The position numbers and the translations under genes are program-made. Under the pieces are notes generated by a model. The model ran no database searches. It saw nothing but the letters and a program-made list of their open reading frames with translations, and had not been told where the DNA came from. DNA of 63,629 nt, counting the filler, from Vezdaea acicularis (taxonomy: Eukaryota), in assembly GCA_026025075.1 (NCBI GenBank). It is 3 parts of 3 records of this genome, joined end to end, with 100 filler letters (N's around TTAATTAATTAA, not from the genome) between each part and the next. Parts side by side here need not be neighbours in the genome. Positions count along the whole stretch, not along the records: positions 1 to 24,913 come from JAPEUI010000180.1; 2 more parts are not named here. One strand, written 5' to 3'. This document shows positions 1-13,770 of the stretch, piece by piece (position 1 is the stretch's first letter; the number at the start of each line of letters is the position of its first letter).

Positions 1-442
1 AGTCTTCCAAATAACCCAAACGAAGGGTCCTTATCGACTATCGCAGTGCCAATGGATTCTGCTCGGGCATTGGGGGCGGTGCTCAAAGATGGCTGACAGA
101 CGTGGGTTGAAAGGTGGTGAGGTGGACGACTCCGGTTTCAAGGCCGATCGCACCCCGGCATTGATTGACGGATGTGAAGATAGTCGAAACGAGCAATTCC
201 CCTATGGACTTTCGGCACACCTATGGCGCATTGGAAATACTCTGGGGAAACCGCATCCACCAGGTCCACCCCGTCGCCAATTCAGGCTTGGTCGGCGGTC
301 AACCATGTGGAGGCGCAAGATGCTTGGCCAAGGCATCGGCAGGATCCCTGTTGCCGCGGCACAAGACGGAAGCGTCATCTGCCGACGCAAACCAATGAAA
401 CCGCGACCGTGTGATAGAACACCACGACCAAGGAACAGAGCA

Positions 443-462
443 AGAGAGAGAGAGAGGGAGAG
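443..462 (+). repeat. (GA)n microsatellite
   Basis: agagagagagagagggagag read directly. Confidence 0.8.
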
Positions 463-1490
463 AATGCGGAGTCGAGCGAACATCACGTGGCGTATTCATC
501 TGATGTCGCCATTGATCCCTCTGACTATTCTGCTGGAGCAAGAGGAATATACGATTTGCTTCGGCACCTGCCCCGCTCTCGTGGGGCAACCCAGGCACGT
601 CCATCGTCACAGGGACAAAGAGATCTCTCCATCGCGCTTGATCTCGCGCTCGGAGCGGGCCTGCTGCTCCGTCGCCAGCTCGGCGACTCTTGACTGGCGC
701 GTTGGCGGAGCGGAAAGGCGGCCGAGGAAGGATCGCCGGACTGCAACACGTTTATAGAAGGGTAAGTACTACGTAAGTCGCTGGCCATAGATCGCGCATT
801 CACTTGGATGGCCTTTCCCGCGTGCGCCATAGACTTTGCCTTATTCCTGTCCCCGCGCTTGTTTGCTTTCTCTCGTCATCGCTCTGGATACCGCGAGTCC
901 GACCGCACAATCGATGAGCCACACAAGCTTGCTTTGCTCGAATGACCCTTCGAGTGCCCGCTCCGAATTGCGTCCTTTTCAATCACCAGGGCATTTCCCA
1001 AGTCGGGCCCAAATCTGACAGCCATCGCGACCGCGCGCGACCAATGATCCTAGAGCTGACGCTGTACATAGCTAGGGTTGCAGCAAATCTCATCGCGTTG
1101 GCATCCGGCGTCTTCCTATTCAACTTGGCATCACACGAACTTTGGTCCTCACCGACAACTTTCTTACTTCAAGCGCCGTCTCCTTCCGAGCACGCTTTGA
1201 TTCCCAAAGCAGTACGTATCGAGTTGATCCTCTCGTCTCCTCTCTTCACTCTCTTCCTTCCTATTTTGGGGTTGCTGCGATCCTGCCTGCTGTAATCTCC
1301 CTTCTTTTACGGGTTGCGCCCCTTCGGCATGCACTGACCGGCTCTGATCCTTCATATCAACATACCGCTTCCCCCCCACAGACCGCTCTCGTCCGTCCCA
1401 CGCAATTTTTTGTTTCTATCATCGCACATGCAACATGCCATGCTCGTTCATCCGTGAAATAAAGAATTAAAGCTTACTGTGAATTCCGAA

Positions 1491-4168
1491 ATGTCAGCCG
1501 GTGTAGTCCTGTATACCGAGAGCGGCACTCTTTACTACACTCCGGAGTATCGTCGATTGCGCCGAAACGCCGACGAACTTCTTGTTTCAAGTCCCTTTCA
1601 GTACAGGACGCCCAGGCGTAACTCGATATTGGTGTCTCCGCTCCCGGCGGGCGTCCACTTCCACCCTCAACAACCCAAAACCAAACCACCAAAGATATTA
1701 AGAAAGCTGGCGAGCTCACGAGAGAACGCAAAGCGATTCCTTCGCTCTGTCATTTTGGGACCACCTTCGGCTGCCCTGGACAAGGCGTCCTCATCAGCAA
1801 TCGGTCCAGACGCGTCCACAGTTCCATCTGGACCTGCAGATATACCGTCGAGTTCAGCTTCGAGTTCAGCCTCAGCTTCTGCTACCCGTCTTTCTTCTAA
1901 CTCCCCTTCGCGACGTCCTAGGCCGGTCTCCCTCCAGCCAGAGCGAGCTTCATCGAGTCTTGCATCTTCGAGAACCTCAATGACACCAGAAACTTCTCGG
2001 AGAGTAAGTATGCTCTCCAATGTTGGGGGACCAGTCAGTGGGATGGTGTCTCGCCCTAGATTAGAAGAATCGGTACGGACGGCATCATCTATCTCTATGG
2101 ATAGCAATGGAAATGCTAGCCCATCACGTACGACAGCGCCCATACTCCCAAGCGATGAAAAGCCAATTGCTTCTGGAAATGGAGTATCGGCCTCCATATC
2201 CCTTGCTGAACCGATATTGTTCCTCCAGGGATTTGACCAGAATGACATGCACAACAGAAAGACGGCACTGCTTCGGGGGAGCTTAGTGCTACGCGTCACG
2301 AAAAGTGCAAAGATCAAGGCAGTATCACTGAATTTCCGGGGGCGAGCACGAACCGAGTGGCCAGAAGGTAAGACTAAGTGCCTTTCAGAAGCCGTTCTGA
2401 GCTTGAATGCTTACTTGTGTGTATCAAGGTATTCCTCCTAAGAAAAACGAGTACTATGAGGAGAAGCGGATTATGAGCCATACCTGGCCATTCTTCAATG
2501 CGCAATTTCCTCAAGCTGAATCCGACACTGGTGCTCACACCGTCAATCTTGCCAAACCATGCTCAAGCTCGGCTTCGCTTGTAGCGCCGGCAGGAGCTCG
2601 CCTTGCCTTTGATCAATTCTCGAGAAATGCTTCTCCAGTTAGAAATGGCTTCAGTACAAGGGATCAAAAGCGACTATCATTACAAGTGAATCATTCTCGG
2701 AGCTTTGGAAGGGGTGATCAGCCTCTTGGAGGGAATTCGATAGCACAAAAAGGATACCGAACATTTCATCCCGGAGAATACATCTATAATTTTGAATTAC
2801 CGTTGGATAGCCACTTACCAGAGACCATCAACGTGGAGCTCGGGAGCGTTAAATATGACCTTGAAGTCATCGTAGAAAGAGCGGGAGCATTTAGAGCGAA
2901 TCTGATTGGAACAAAAGAACTGCTTGTCATTCGCGCTCCATCAGAGAGCTCCTTAGAGCAAGTCGAGCCTATCGCGATCAGCCGGAATTGGGAAGATCAG
3001 CTCCATTACGATATTGTTATATCTGGGAAATCATTCCCCTTAGGTTCTCAGATTCCTATCGCATTCAAGCTTACGCCGTTGGCGAAGGTCCAGTGTCATC
3101 GGATCAAGGTCTACGTGACGGAGAATATTGAGTACTTTTGCAACAATAAAAGAGTGCATCGCCTGGAGCCCACGAGGAAGATCCAGTTGTTCGAGAAGAG
3201 AGCAGATACCGTCTCAACGAGTGCTTATCCGGGCTCCTCAATCAGGGTATTGTCCGGCGGCGGCATTGCTTACGACTCACGGGAAGCTGCAGCTGCAGGC
3301 GTTGAGCAAGTGACGCGTGATATGTCGAACCTGCTTGGCAACCTCGAAGGCGGCGAGCATAATGTTGGGCCTACAGAGATGGAGTTCAACGTGCAACTTC
3401 CTAGCTGTCATAGCTTGCGTGATAGTCAGAAGTCGCAGCGCCTTCATTTCGATACTACATACGGCAACATCCAAGTCCACCACTGGATCAAGGTAAGCAA
3501 CGTAGTACGTTAGAGTTCTGCAACTCACTTACTAATCACCCGTTTAGATTGTCATGCGCCTCTCCAAACCAGACGCCACGGACTCGTCCAAACGACGGCA
3601 TTTTGAAATTTCAATTGACTCACCCTTTCACATACTCTCTTGTCGCGCCACCCAAGCCAACACGTCTCTACCCGCCTACTCCCTTCCCAACAATCCCAGC
3701 CCCAGCAGCTCTACCTTGGCCGAATGTGGCTGCCCTGGCGCCCGCCATCGCGCACACTCCCTCATTCCTCATCCCCATATTCACGTGCCTAATCCTACCC
3801 CTCACGCCAGCGAGGACACCACCGCCCCCGCTCCGCCAGCATTGGCCCACGCCGCACCCCCACACAACGCCGTTCAACGCCCGATGCACATCATTCGAAA
3901 TCCATCGTTCAACCCTCCTGCCTTCGACGCCGAGGATCCCCCACCTGCGCTCATGACGCCCCCACCGCAATACGACAGCATCGTACGAGGGGGCGGAACG
4001 GAAGGCTTAGCAGACTATTTCGCGCGACTGGCGGATGAGGAGGACGATAGACAGGAGAACTGGGGTAGGAACATGGGTAGGATGGATTTGCCGCTTACGC
4101 CTGGAGGCAGAATAAATAGGAGTATGGATGAGCCAAGGACGTGGCTCCCTGTTGCGCGGGGAACCTAG
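1491..4168 (+). CDS. Alpha-arrestin (Aly1/Aly2, ART3/ART6-like Rsp5 adaptor); 3 exons, introns 2368-2428 and 3493-3547
   Basis: Three ORFs join in frame through GT-AG introns. Arrestin-like segments LRGSLVLRVTKSAKIKAVSLNFRG, YNFELPLDSHLPET, ISRNWEDQLHYDIVISGKSFPLGSQIPIAFKLTPL; C-terminal PY motifs LPAY and PPQY. Confidence 0.88.
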
Positions 4169-4765
4169 GGACTCACACTACTGAGTTTATGCTAAAGCGC
4201 TATTGGTGTTTGGTTTTTAAAAGAACGGTTTATGTCTTTTTTCGGTTTACGACATGTTGGGTTTATGATCGGCGCATCATAATGGGGGTTTTTGGTTTAC
4301 GGAGTATAGATCTATCGCGTTTGCGTTTTGATATATCTTCATGCCTCGATGCTAGCTATGGGGGCCAGGGGCCCAGGGAACTATTTACGAGGAGACGAAC
4401 GTGCATGGGAGCGATTGGAGCCTTTTGAGGAGAAATTCTCTATATCTTGTATCTTTGTCACAAGTAAAGTATCTTCGTATATAAATTTTACGAAGAAGTA
4501 CTTAGCTGGCCACAGTTTTGCCATGCATGCCTGTGAAATGACTCTAATCCGATCGAACTTGATTTCGACGGAATCGCAAGCAGTTTAGATTTAGACATAA
4601 TAGTTTTCGATCTTCGGCGGACATCTTGTGGCTGTGTGACTCGTATTTTACAATACTCTCGTTGTCCTGTTTAGTCCGCCGCCAATAGACGATGTGTCCA
4701 AGCGAGATCTTCATATAATCAGCCACCCTTATGAACGTATCTGATGGCTTCATTCCCGCAGATCC

Positions 4766-7273
4766 ATGGACAACACCGGCGTAGTTTTCTTTCTGGTCCT
4801 ATTATTCTTCTATTTCAACTCACCCGACTCCAGAGTTCCGACCCCGAACCAACGCAACGAACTAAGCAACCTCATTGAGCAAGAGAGGAACGCCGTGGGA
4901 GTTCTCGCGACGTCGAACTACGGCGACTTTACAGCAGAGAAATGGATCAACATCACCGGCCTAAGGGAAGAAGATGGATATGCGTGGCAGCAGCTCCCGA
5001 AGGTGAAAGAACGCGTGTGGAAGCTCTATACGAACGCCTTAGGTGATTGGGCGCACTTCAAGATCGACGGCAAAGATGAGAATGAGAGGCCAGATGCGCT
5101 ACGAGGGAAAGAGCTGGCAGTTTATCAGAATGTGACGGGATTGTTGGAGGGGCAGTGGACGCGATCGAAGCTTGAGAATGGGGTGCGGGCGCCCTCTATC
5201 AACCTTACCGCGCTGGCCCCCGACGCGGCATATGTCACGCAGGAGTATAATAGGAATATAACGGGCTTGGAGAATGATATACGGATAAAATTGGACCAGA
5301 AGGTTACGGAAGATCTAAGACTAGATAGTGGGCATGTGAGGGAAGTTAGCGCTACGGTTACTATTCAAGATGATACTTCCTCGGGAGATGGGTGGGTCTT
5401 GAAGTTGTATGGGGTGCATTTCCCTGAATTCGGTGGGGTTGTCTTGACCACCTCTAGCAACAAGTAAACTCAACATTCCAGATTGTACGTTGTAGGGATG
5501 GCTGCTAAATGGCTCTCTAGGTTTGGTGGCATTTTTGCACTTCCGCATTTCATGTTATCTGAGCAAACGCATAACATCTCCCAGCAACTTCTCAATCGAA
5601 CACTTTCTAAGGCTATAGCGAAGCAAGAGGAGGAATCATTCACAAACCCCTCCTATCCTTGGAATAGCTCGCCAGATAGTGCAGCAGACGTACTGTTTCC
5701 CACCCCTCATTGCGAATATATCATTTACCTCCAACAAACGCCCCCTGACTCAATGCCGACTCAGTCCCTGAAGCTACGGCCGGAAATAGGGGCAACCAAA
5801 TTAACCCAGATAGAGCAGGAATTGCGCTTTCCCAATGGTGCACCTGTACCACAAGCCCCTCCTATGCAGTTCTCGATGTTGATCTTCTCACCTGATTGCG
5901 GCTTTGTCCTAGAGTCCAAAGGACGTCCTGAATATTCGGAGCCAGACCTGCAGCACCTCCGTGGCCCCAAGCTAGAGACCTTCATCAACTCCGTCAAGAC
6001 GTACTCCTTGGTGTACGCGGCTATCTGTGCTGGCCAAGTCATACTCCTCGTACGCCAGATGAAAGACGCATCTACGCCATCGACAGTTAGTCGAATCAGC
6101 TTTTTCACCATGGCCACAATGACCATGGCTGATGGACTCTCCTTTTTCATCTTCATCACTGTCTCGATCTTCATGGATGCTACCTTCCTTGTGCTCATCA
6201 CCGTTTCATTCGTCTCATTCGTCGGCATGGCTTTCCTAGGCATGCGCTTCCAGATGGATATCTGGAACGTGCAAGCCCCTGAACGACGTGATCGCAACCG
6301 CCAGAACGCCCCCGCGACTGCGACAGCGCCCGCCATCGTGGTCACTCCCGCCACGGACGCGCTGCCTCCACCTGCAACCGCGCGACCCGCCGACAACTCA
6401 ATAGCCACCCCCGTCATCCTCCCTCCAGACCAAGACAGCCCCGCCGCTGACGCTGAAGAAGAGACCGACCCCCCCACCAATACCCCAGCAAACACGCAAG
6501 CACGCCGCGACGGCGCCCTCTGGGCCCGCTTCTACTTCATCCAAATGCTCATCTTCTTCCTCTCCCTACACGCCACCTCCTGGCCCACCCCGCTCCGCTC
6601 GCTCTACTGCAACCTGCTAGCATTCACCTACCTCTCTCTCTGGATGCCCCAAATCCACCGCAACATCCAACGCAACTGCCGCAAAGCCCTGCGCTGGGAC
6701 TTCGTCCTCGGCCAATCCGCTCTCCGCCTGCTTCCCCTCCTCTACTTCTATACCGTCCCGCATAACATCCTCTTCGTCGTCCCCGACCCTCCCCTCGCCG
6801 CCGCTCTAGCCGCTTACCTCTGGCTTCAACTCTGCGCTCTCGCCTCCCAGGAACTCCTCGGGCCCCGCTTCTTCGTCCCTGCCGGCTGGGCTCCAGACGC
6901 TTACGACTATCACCCCGTCCTCAGAGAAGGCGACGAGGAGTCCGCCGACAAGGGAAACCTGCCAATCGGCTTCACCGAGGCGACGAGCGCAGACAATGGC
7001 GCTGCTGGCGATGCGTCCGGCGCGAAGAGCGGCGTCGCGAAAGCCGGCCTGCGCGTCTTCGACTGTGCCATCTGTATGCAGAACTTGGAAGTACCGGTCG
7101 TGCCGCTCGGCGGGGTGGCGGAGGGCGAGAGCGCGCTGGGCGCCGGCGTGCTGGGCAGGAGGGCATACATGGTCACGCCGTGCAGGCATATCTTCCATTC
7201 GCAGTGTTTGGAGGGCTGGATGCGGTTTCGGCTGCAGTGCCCGATCTGTAGAGAGGGGCTGCCTCCCTTGTAG
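4766..7273 (+). CDS. TUL1: Transmembrane RING-H2 E3 ubiquitin ligase, Tul1/Dsc1 family; intron 5464-5520
   Basis: Signal anchor, lumenal domain (TTSSNKFGGIFALPHF, FSPDCGFVLESKG), multiple TM helices, C-terminal RING CAICMQ...YMVTPCRHIFHSQCLEGWMRFRLQCPICR. Confidence 0.92.
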
Positions 7274-7491
7274 TAAAGGGCCTCTGCTTCTCATAGCGCA
7301 AAAGCTCGATTAAGTATAAAAGTCAAGAAACGCTACGCTGAACCGTCTGAGGAAGAATTAATGCTGCCCATACGCCTAACGTGACTGTTCCGCTTCACCG
7401 TTCCATGCTTGTACGGGAAAACAAAAAAGAAAAAAGATCCATTCGGGGTATCCGTATCTGCGAACCAAAAATTAAAAACCACCCCGAGCGC

Positions 7492-9221
7492 CTACACCAA
7501 ATTGTAATTCACGACCTGATCCAACACGTCGCTGGGTATGATACTGCCGCGGCCGATCTCGATCTTCTCGCCGGGGTGGTGTCGGAACACGGTCGCTGTG
7601 CTCGTGCTGTCCATCCGGCGCATCTCCGTCCCACCGCCTAGGCCGGTGGGCACGTTGGGTACATCGGGGATCTCCTCGCTGCCGCTGCTGCGGCTGTTGT
7701 TATTGTTATTATTGTTAATGCTGCTCCCGCCGGAGCTAGGTGTGCGCTGGGGAGAGTTGTTTTTGCCCTCCATGCGCGACGTTTGGTGGTTCACCCACGA
7801 GGAGACGCTTCGGAAGCGGGGGACGCTCTCGACGGAGGTGGCGATGGAGACGGCGACGGAGGCGCGGTCGCGCATGCTGCGCCGGTTGAGAGAATAGGTT
7901 GAGGGGGGGCGTGAGGCTTTGGGGGACTGGCGGGATTGAGGGGTCGACTTCTCAAAGTACTCTTCGATCTCCTCGCCGATTACGCTGAGGCCTGCGTCTT
8001 GGTCTCGGGGGTATTCAGTGATTGTGTAGCAGGCGTTGGGTCGTCTTGGGTATGTGTGGCTGCTCTCGCTAGGAGGTGATGGGAAGCGTGATGTCTGGAG
8101 GGGGGCTGGGTAGAGGTTGCGGTCGTGCTTGGCGGGCGATGTTATGGATCGGCCAAGTGCTGCGACGGGCGGTGGTTGAAAATATCTTTCTTGCTGGGAA
8201 GGGGGCGTGGTGAAGCCAGGACTGGCTACCTGAGTACTGTGCGCACTCGGGCTATTGACGTAGATACTGTTGAACCCAGGACTATTGATGAATGGGCTGT
8301 TAAGGGATGGACTTGCTTGGCCATTGGTAGTGGGCTCAGGACTATGCAATACGAAACCATCCAGAATCTGGTGCCCTTCGCCCTGTGAGTCATACTGCCT
8401 TATGGAAGGCCATTCCCGTTGCTTTGGTTGCGAGGGAGAGAAATTATAGCGCACGGCTCTATCGGGGGTGTGGCTCTTGGAATCTAAGAGCTGGTGAGAT
8501 CTCCGCATTTTCTTCCTTCGGGCTCTCACAACAAGCCATATGATAAGTATGATGATTAGAAAAGCAACTATAGATGTGAGCAAGTCGAAGACCCGGGTCA
8601 ACGGGACAGAATAGACATACCAACCGACCCAGCGGCGATCACGGCCTGCTGAACTCCAGTAGAAATACCCCGGTGGCTGCCATTTTGAGAAGACGCGGAC
8701 TGAGTAGGTGAGTAGTCGACATTTGAGGATGCTGATTGTGTAATAGATGGAGGAGCTGTTGCTGTCACCAAGGTATCCATAGTGGCGAGTGATGGCGCGG
8801 CCACTGTTTTGGTGCCTATATCCACGGATGACCGGCGTAAGATCTGCGGGGACCGTGCCATGATGGCAGATTCAACATCTATGTCTAAGGAGTCTTCCTC
8901 GATCATCGTAGCTGTGACGGGATCTTGATTCGAAATTTTCTGTCCAGTCGCAGGTCTCGAGGTTTCGTCTCGAGGCTTGTGTGTACGTCGAAGCAAATTT
9001 TGCTCCGGCGCATTATTCCGACTTACCCTTCGCCTTCGCAGGGACTTAATATTTCTGGTAACCACTCCCAATTCCCTCTGCATATTTGACCATAAATGAC
9101 CATCTTGCGCATCAACAACGTGCATGACCTGCTCGGGACTGCCTGACCAGTAATCGCACGGAGTAAGGATGGGTCGCACAAAATGTAAACAAGATAGAAG
9201 AGCTACGAGATCAAGATACAA
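7492..9221 (-). CDS. Hypothetical single-pass membrane protein with S/T-rich ectodomain and disordered cytoplasmic tail; intron 8568-8620; start codon uncertain
   Basis: Two ORFs join through gtatgt...ctatag to give a continuous TM helix (AVIAAGSVVAFLIIILIIWLVV) followed by basic RARRKK; C-terminal PRFRSVSSWVNHQ and FRHHPGEKI motifs. Confidence 0.7.
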
Positions 9222-11642
9222 GGCACCAAGTCGCGATACTTGTGCTGTTCGTGCAAAGGGCTTAATGCAAAGGAAAAAGGGAACGGCGCTCTATTTGAAG
9301 CGTGGTCAAACTTGACGCCGTTTTGTCCTGGTCAAAGGCAAATAGTATCGTCACAGAAAGGTAAGAGATGAAGCGTGCCAGGAATGAGTTGGGGTGCTTG
9401 GGAGCAGTGAGCGCACACGGGGTTATAGAGCATCCATGCGCGGTCCTTTACCGATGTCCGTGTTAGAGACATCTCCATGTGGTGGGCCAATAGACCGGGA
9501 CCATGAGGAGGTCATGGTCTGCGGGCTTGCTGGGCATCCAGATTACCCCTAGCCAGGAGTAAACTGAGAGTTGATGGTGTTTGAGGGGAGCGGGATCAAA
9601 ACCGCTGTGGTTTCAAATCGAAACGGTAGCGACCTCCTTCTCTCGGCCTCTACCGACAGGACGAGAATACGACGGGAGAAGCCTTCGCCAAACGCATTAC
9701 CTAAAAGAGAGTAACAGAAGTACAGGATACGAGGAAGTTCTGTGACTTTCATGAGACGTCAAAGACTCCAGTTGAAGCAAGAGGAAGACGGGGAAGTTTT
9801 CGAGCAACGGGCGACTAACGTGCAAAGGCCAAACTCCTCACATTTCGATCGATGGGCCGGCTCCGAGAATTCGAAACCTCGCATCCGCTTCTGGACGACG
9901 CCTCACCCTCGAAAAATGGAGCATGAGAGGCGCAAAGGCCGCAGAGGAGATGGTGGTTCCAAGACATGAATGGCCGCAAGTACTCGTTAATGGACAAAGT
10001 GCCTTTTGCTCCACGATCGAAGTCAAAAGAAAGAGAACAAGCGAAAGACTAACCACCTGAGCCAAGCATCACTAGCACCCTGATCTAAGAAGTAAGGCTT
10101 GGAGGTGTCAATTTCTTGTCCAAAAAAACTAAAGCGCCAGCTTTCATGAAGGTTTTCGGGTAGCACGGGAGGTTCTGCTGCTGAACAGTCTCATCAAGCT
10201 TTTATTATGGCGGCCTGGACAACCTTACTTGAACGCATCGCAGGTTTGAAAGGGTGTTGTCCCCACCCGCCGCCCCAACCAGCTTGGGTAAGATAGGTCG
10301 CCAACCCTAGCATCCTCGGGTACCAACTCACCTTTGGGTCTGGTGACAATGCGGACAAGGTAGCCGCCTAGATGGAGCAGATATTCCAGGTGATATCGAT
10401 ACCATTCAACAAGCCTCCATAAATGATCCCCACGACCTTTGGATTCAGGACGATTGTTCCAAGGTATGTGCTATGCAAGGATCTTCTGTGATGTGATATC
10501 TCGAAAATCTGCTGTTCCTGTTGCTGCACTTTCCCTCTCCAATTCTCAGCCCTCACGGTGTTCCCCGTGCACGTCCCACGTCTCTGCGCCCAAAGGATTT
10601 TTAACCTTGTCTCACAGGGCAACGATGATTGCGGCGCATCAGGGCCTGGATGGTAATGGGAATGGCTAACTTTGTCGAATCAAAATAGCTGATGTGTATT
10701 TCCACAGTCTGACCTGACGCGCAAGCGGGTCGCACTCAGTACCCGTTGTCGTCAGGGCATTCGTAATGCCCTCGCCAAAGTCACGGACAGCGATCAGGTC
10801 CTAGGCATGACCTTGTGGCTGCCACCAAACCGCTTGCCGAGAAGCAGACCTGCGACGAATTGGGCCAAGACTGGCTAGGATGGTTCAAGAAAGTGGCTAT
10901 GAATCTTTGCTGCGGCCAAGGAGGCCTCATGTCAGGCGTAACCAGTTTTGGAAGGACAATCAGACGAGGCTGCAGGAAGAGAGTTGGAAAGATCCCGCCA
11001 CCGTAATAACCTTGTTGAGGAAATACCTCGAGGCTGTTTAACCTTCGGTAGTAGCAAACGCCGCCATGCCTTCAGCGTTACTCACCCCGTCATGAGCGTG
11101 CAAATAGTCGGGCCATCCCATAACGCTCCGTTAGTCCGGAGTCATCTCCCATGCATCGGATGGTCCGAGTCCGCCTTATCGGTTTATTTATAAGCTTGGG
11201 ACCTGGCAATCTATTACTGTCAATGTAAAGCACAATGATTATTTCGGAGCACGCCAATGAAACGAGGCGATCTGAGCGCTGGTTGGCATTACCAACGTGC
11301 GACTATCTATCACCTAATCGTCGAGGATGAGAAAATAGCAAGGAAAAGACATGAATATGGCTTCTTAGACGCGAATAGATCCTCGGGGCTGAAGATATCC
11401 AGATATGCGAGTGCAATTCCTTGTACGTTGGCTGAGCTACTGTAGCGCGCTTACCGGTTGTCAGCCTTTGCTTACTTTCGCCGGCTTGGTAGCGGTGCTA
11501 AACCTCCGCGATGGCCCTATAACAAGTCAGGAATGCTCACGACCTATCTCAACAGGGTGACTCTGACTTGTAATTGTCTTACGGGTCAAAAGACAAGAGG
11601 CTGCCCTCAAAGAGACCCACCCAGTTGTAGAATCTAGTGAAT

Positions 11643-13299
11643 ATGTCGCACGAAGTGAACACACCAAAGAAGTCACGGAAAAGTGCCAGTAAAGTCAGAA
11701 CTGGATGTATTACTTGCAAGTAGGTCGTTATGTTTCGGTTCTTGTGTCTTTGAAAACGTCATGTGATTTTAGAATAGAGCTAATTCCGATCACAGGATAC
11801 GGCGCATAAAATGCGATGAGGGAAAGCCCGCTTGCTCAAAATGTAGTAGCACAGGCCGCAAATGCGATGGCTACGCAAGTCTCAAGAAGAAGAGGTGTGA
11901 TGAGATTATGGCCTACTCGGAGAGATCAAGTCCTCTTACTTTATTGAGCCTAGCTCCCAACCTTTTCTTCAGCGAGCAGGAATGGCGATGTTTTGAGGTT
12001 TTCCGCACTCGGTCAGCCACCGAGCTATCCAGTTTCTTTGACTCCGACTTCTGGTGTTCGGTTGTTCTCCAAATCAGTTACACTGAGCCAACAATCCGAC
12101 ATAGCATGATTGCCCTGGGTTCTCTATACGAGACCTGCTTTCATAGCGAAGGAACTCTTGTATCAGGAAAAGCCGAACACAGCCGCCAATATGCTCTCGA
12201 GCAATGCAACAAAGCCATCAGCCTCTTGAAGCAGCACCTCTCTACGAAAGGGTTCACGTCAACGGAAGTCACTCTACTCTCTTGCCTCCTGCTGACTCTC
12301 TTCGAAACATTCCAGGGCAATTATGAGTCAATGCTAGCTCATCTTGCGAGCGGTCTCAAGATCTTAAGAAGCTGTTCACCTAAAGCGTTTACACCCAGCT
12401 CTGCTAATGCCGTGACACATGCCTCTAGCTTTTCAATAGAAGAGTGCCTTGTACAGTTTTTTACTCGTCTAAACAACCAGGCAACGAGTTTTCTAGACAC
12501 TCGGTCTCTTCGGCTGCACCTTTTATCACGGAATATCACTACTGGCACTTGTCCCTCGATACCCAGCTTCTTTGCCGGCCTTGATGATGCTAGGCTTTCT
12601 CTAGGCGAGATCAAATGGATGTTTCACGTACTCGAGATCAAGAGTCAACCGCAAACTCAAATTAGCTTGCCTACGGGAGATGTCCTAAATAAGAGCAATC
12701 CAGAAGCTCAACTAGAGCAGTGGGCCTCGACGTTTGACAGATTTCTTCGGAAGCGTACCCCTGAATTGAGTGATAGCGAGATGCGAGAGGTCTCTCTCCT
12801 CAGAAGTCATCAGCTTGCTGCATCCATCATGGTCTCTACGGCCACTTCAACGCAAGAGACCGTCTACGACTCCTATACCAGCCAATTCGAGAACATCCTC
12901 CACCTCTCACGCTATCTTTCAAAAGGGCCCATCAAGTCTGGAGCGCCCCAGGACACTACACTATTCTCATTCGATCTAGGCATCATACCGCCTCTGTACC
13001 TCACCGCATCACGATGCCGAGAACCCTCCCTGCGACGCCAAGCCATCTTCTTACTCCGCTCACCAGCATGGAAAGAAGGCGTATGGGACGCAATGCTAGC
13101 GGCACGCATAGCTGAACGGCTTATGGCTATAGAAGAGGAAGGGCTCTTCCCCGCAGCCAGTGCAAGCGATATTCCTGAGTCCTCACGTGTATGCAGTATC
13201 AACTTGTCTTTTGTTGGCAAGAAGCGACAAGCTCTCCTGCAATACGCCAAACAAGGGAAGCGGCACCTAGGATTAAAAGAAGAATGGATCTCATGGTGA
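11643..13299 (+). CDS. Zn(II)2Cys6 fungal transcription factor; intron 11720-11795 splits the zinc cluster (exon 1 is missing from the ORF track)
   Basis: Spliced translation MSHEVNTPKKSRKSASKVRTGCITCK|IRRIKCDEGKPACSKCSSTGRKCDGY has all six Cys and stays in frame with ORF 11908-13299 (FW..VLQ....EP.IRH, CREP.LRRQAI, EGVWD motifs). Confidence 0.92.
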
Positions 13300-13770
13300 T
13301 AAGATAGTTGAACACAATAAAGGGGCTGTTCGTGTAAAGAAGAGAGTGCCCATGTAGCAAGAGAGTCGTCATGTAAACGAATGAGTATAAGATTTTACAC
13401 GAACAATCAGAGAGCGAGGCATATAAAGAAATGTTAGAGTCGAGCCACCAACGAACCGCCTGGGGGTTCATCAAAACTTTGCACATGTCACGCAAGTGTG
13501 TTGGTATTATGGAGGGTTCGCTGGTACATGAGGGCGCCCGTATAGAGATGGTTGCGCGCGCTAAGAAAGACTGTTCACGCAATTGGAAATCGCCCATACT
13601 GTGCAGGACTCCTCATACAATGGAAAGGTTTTCACAGCATAAGACGTCACTAGTGCAACAGAAGACCGCAAGCGTAATTCAAAACTGCTTATAAAACCTT
13701 ATTTGGCCCGTTAAATAGATGGTCGCTTATAGACTTTACTCTGGCAGAAGAAATTGGCACTTGCCCGTTT

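Noticed and set aside
89..1462. Overlapping ORFs upstream of the arrestin, and antisense ORFs over real genes throughout the window
   Set aside because: No domains, many non-ATG starts; explained by GC-rich sequence and codon-bias shadows.
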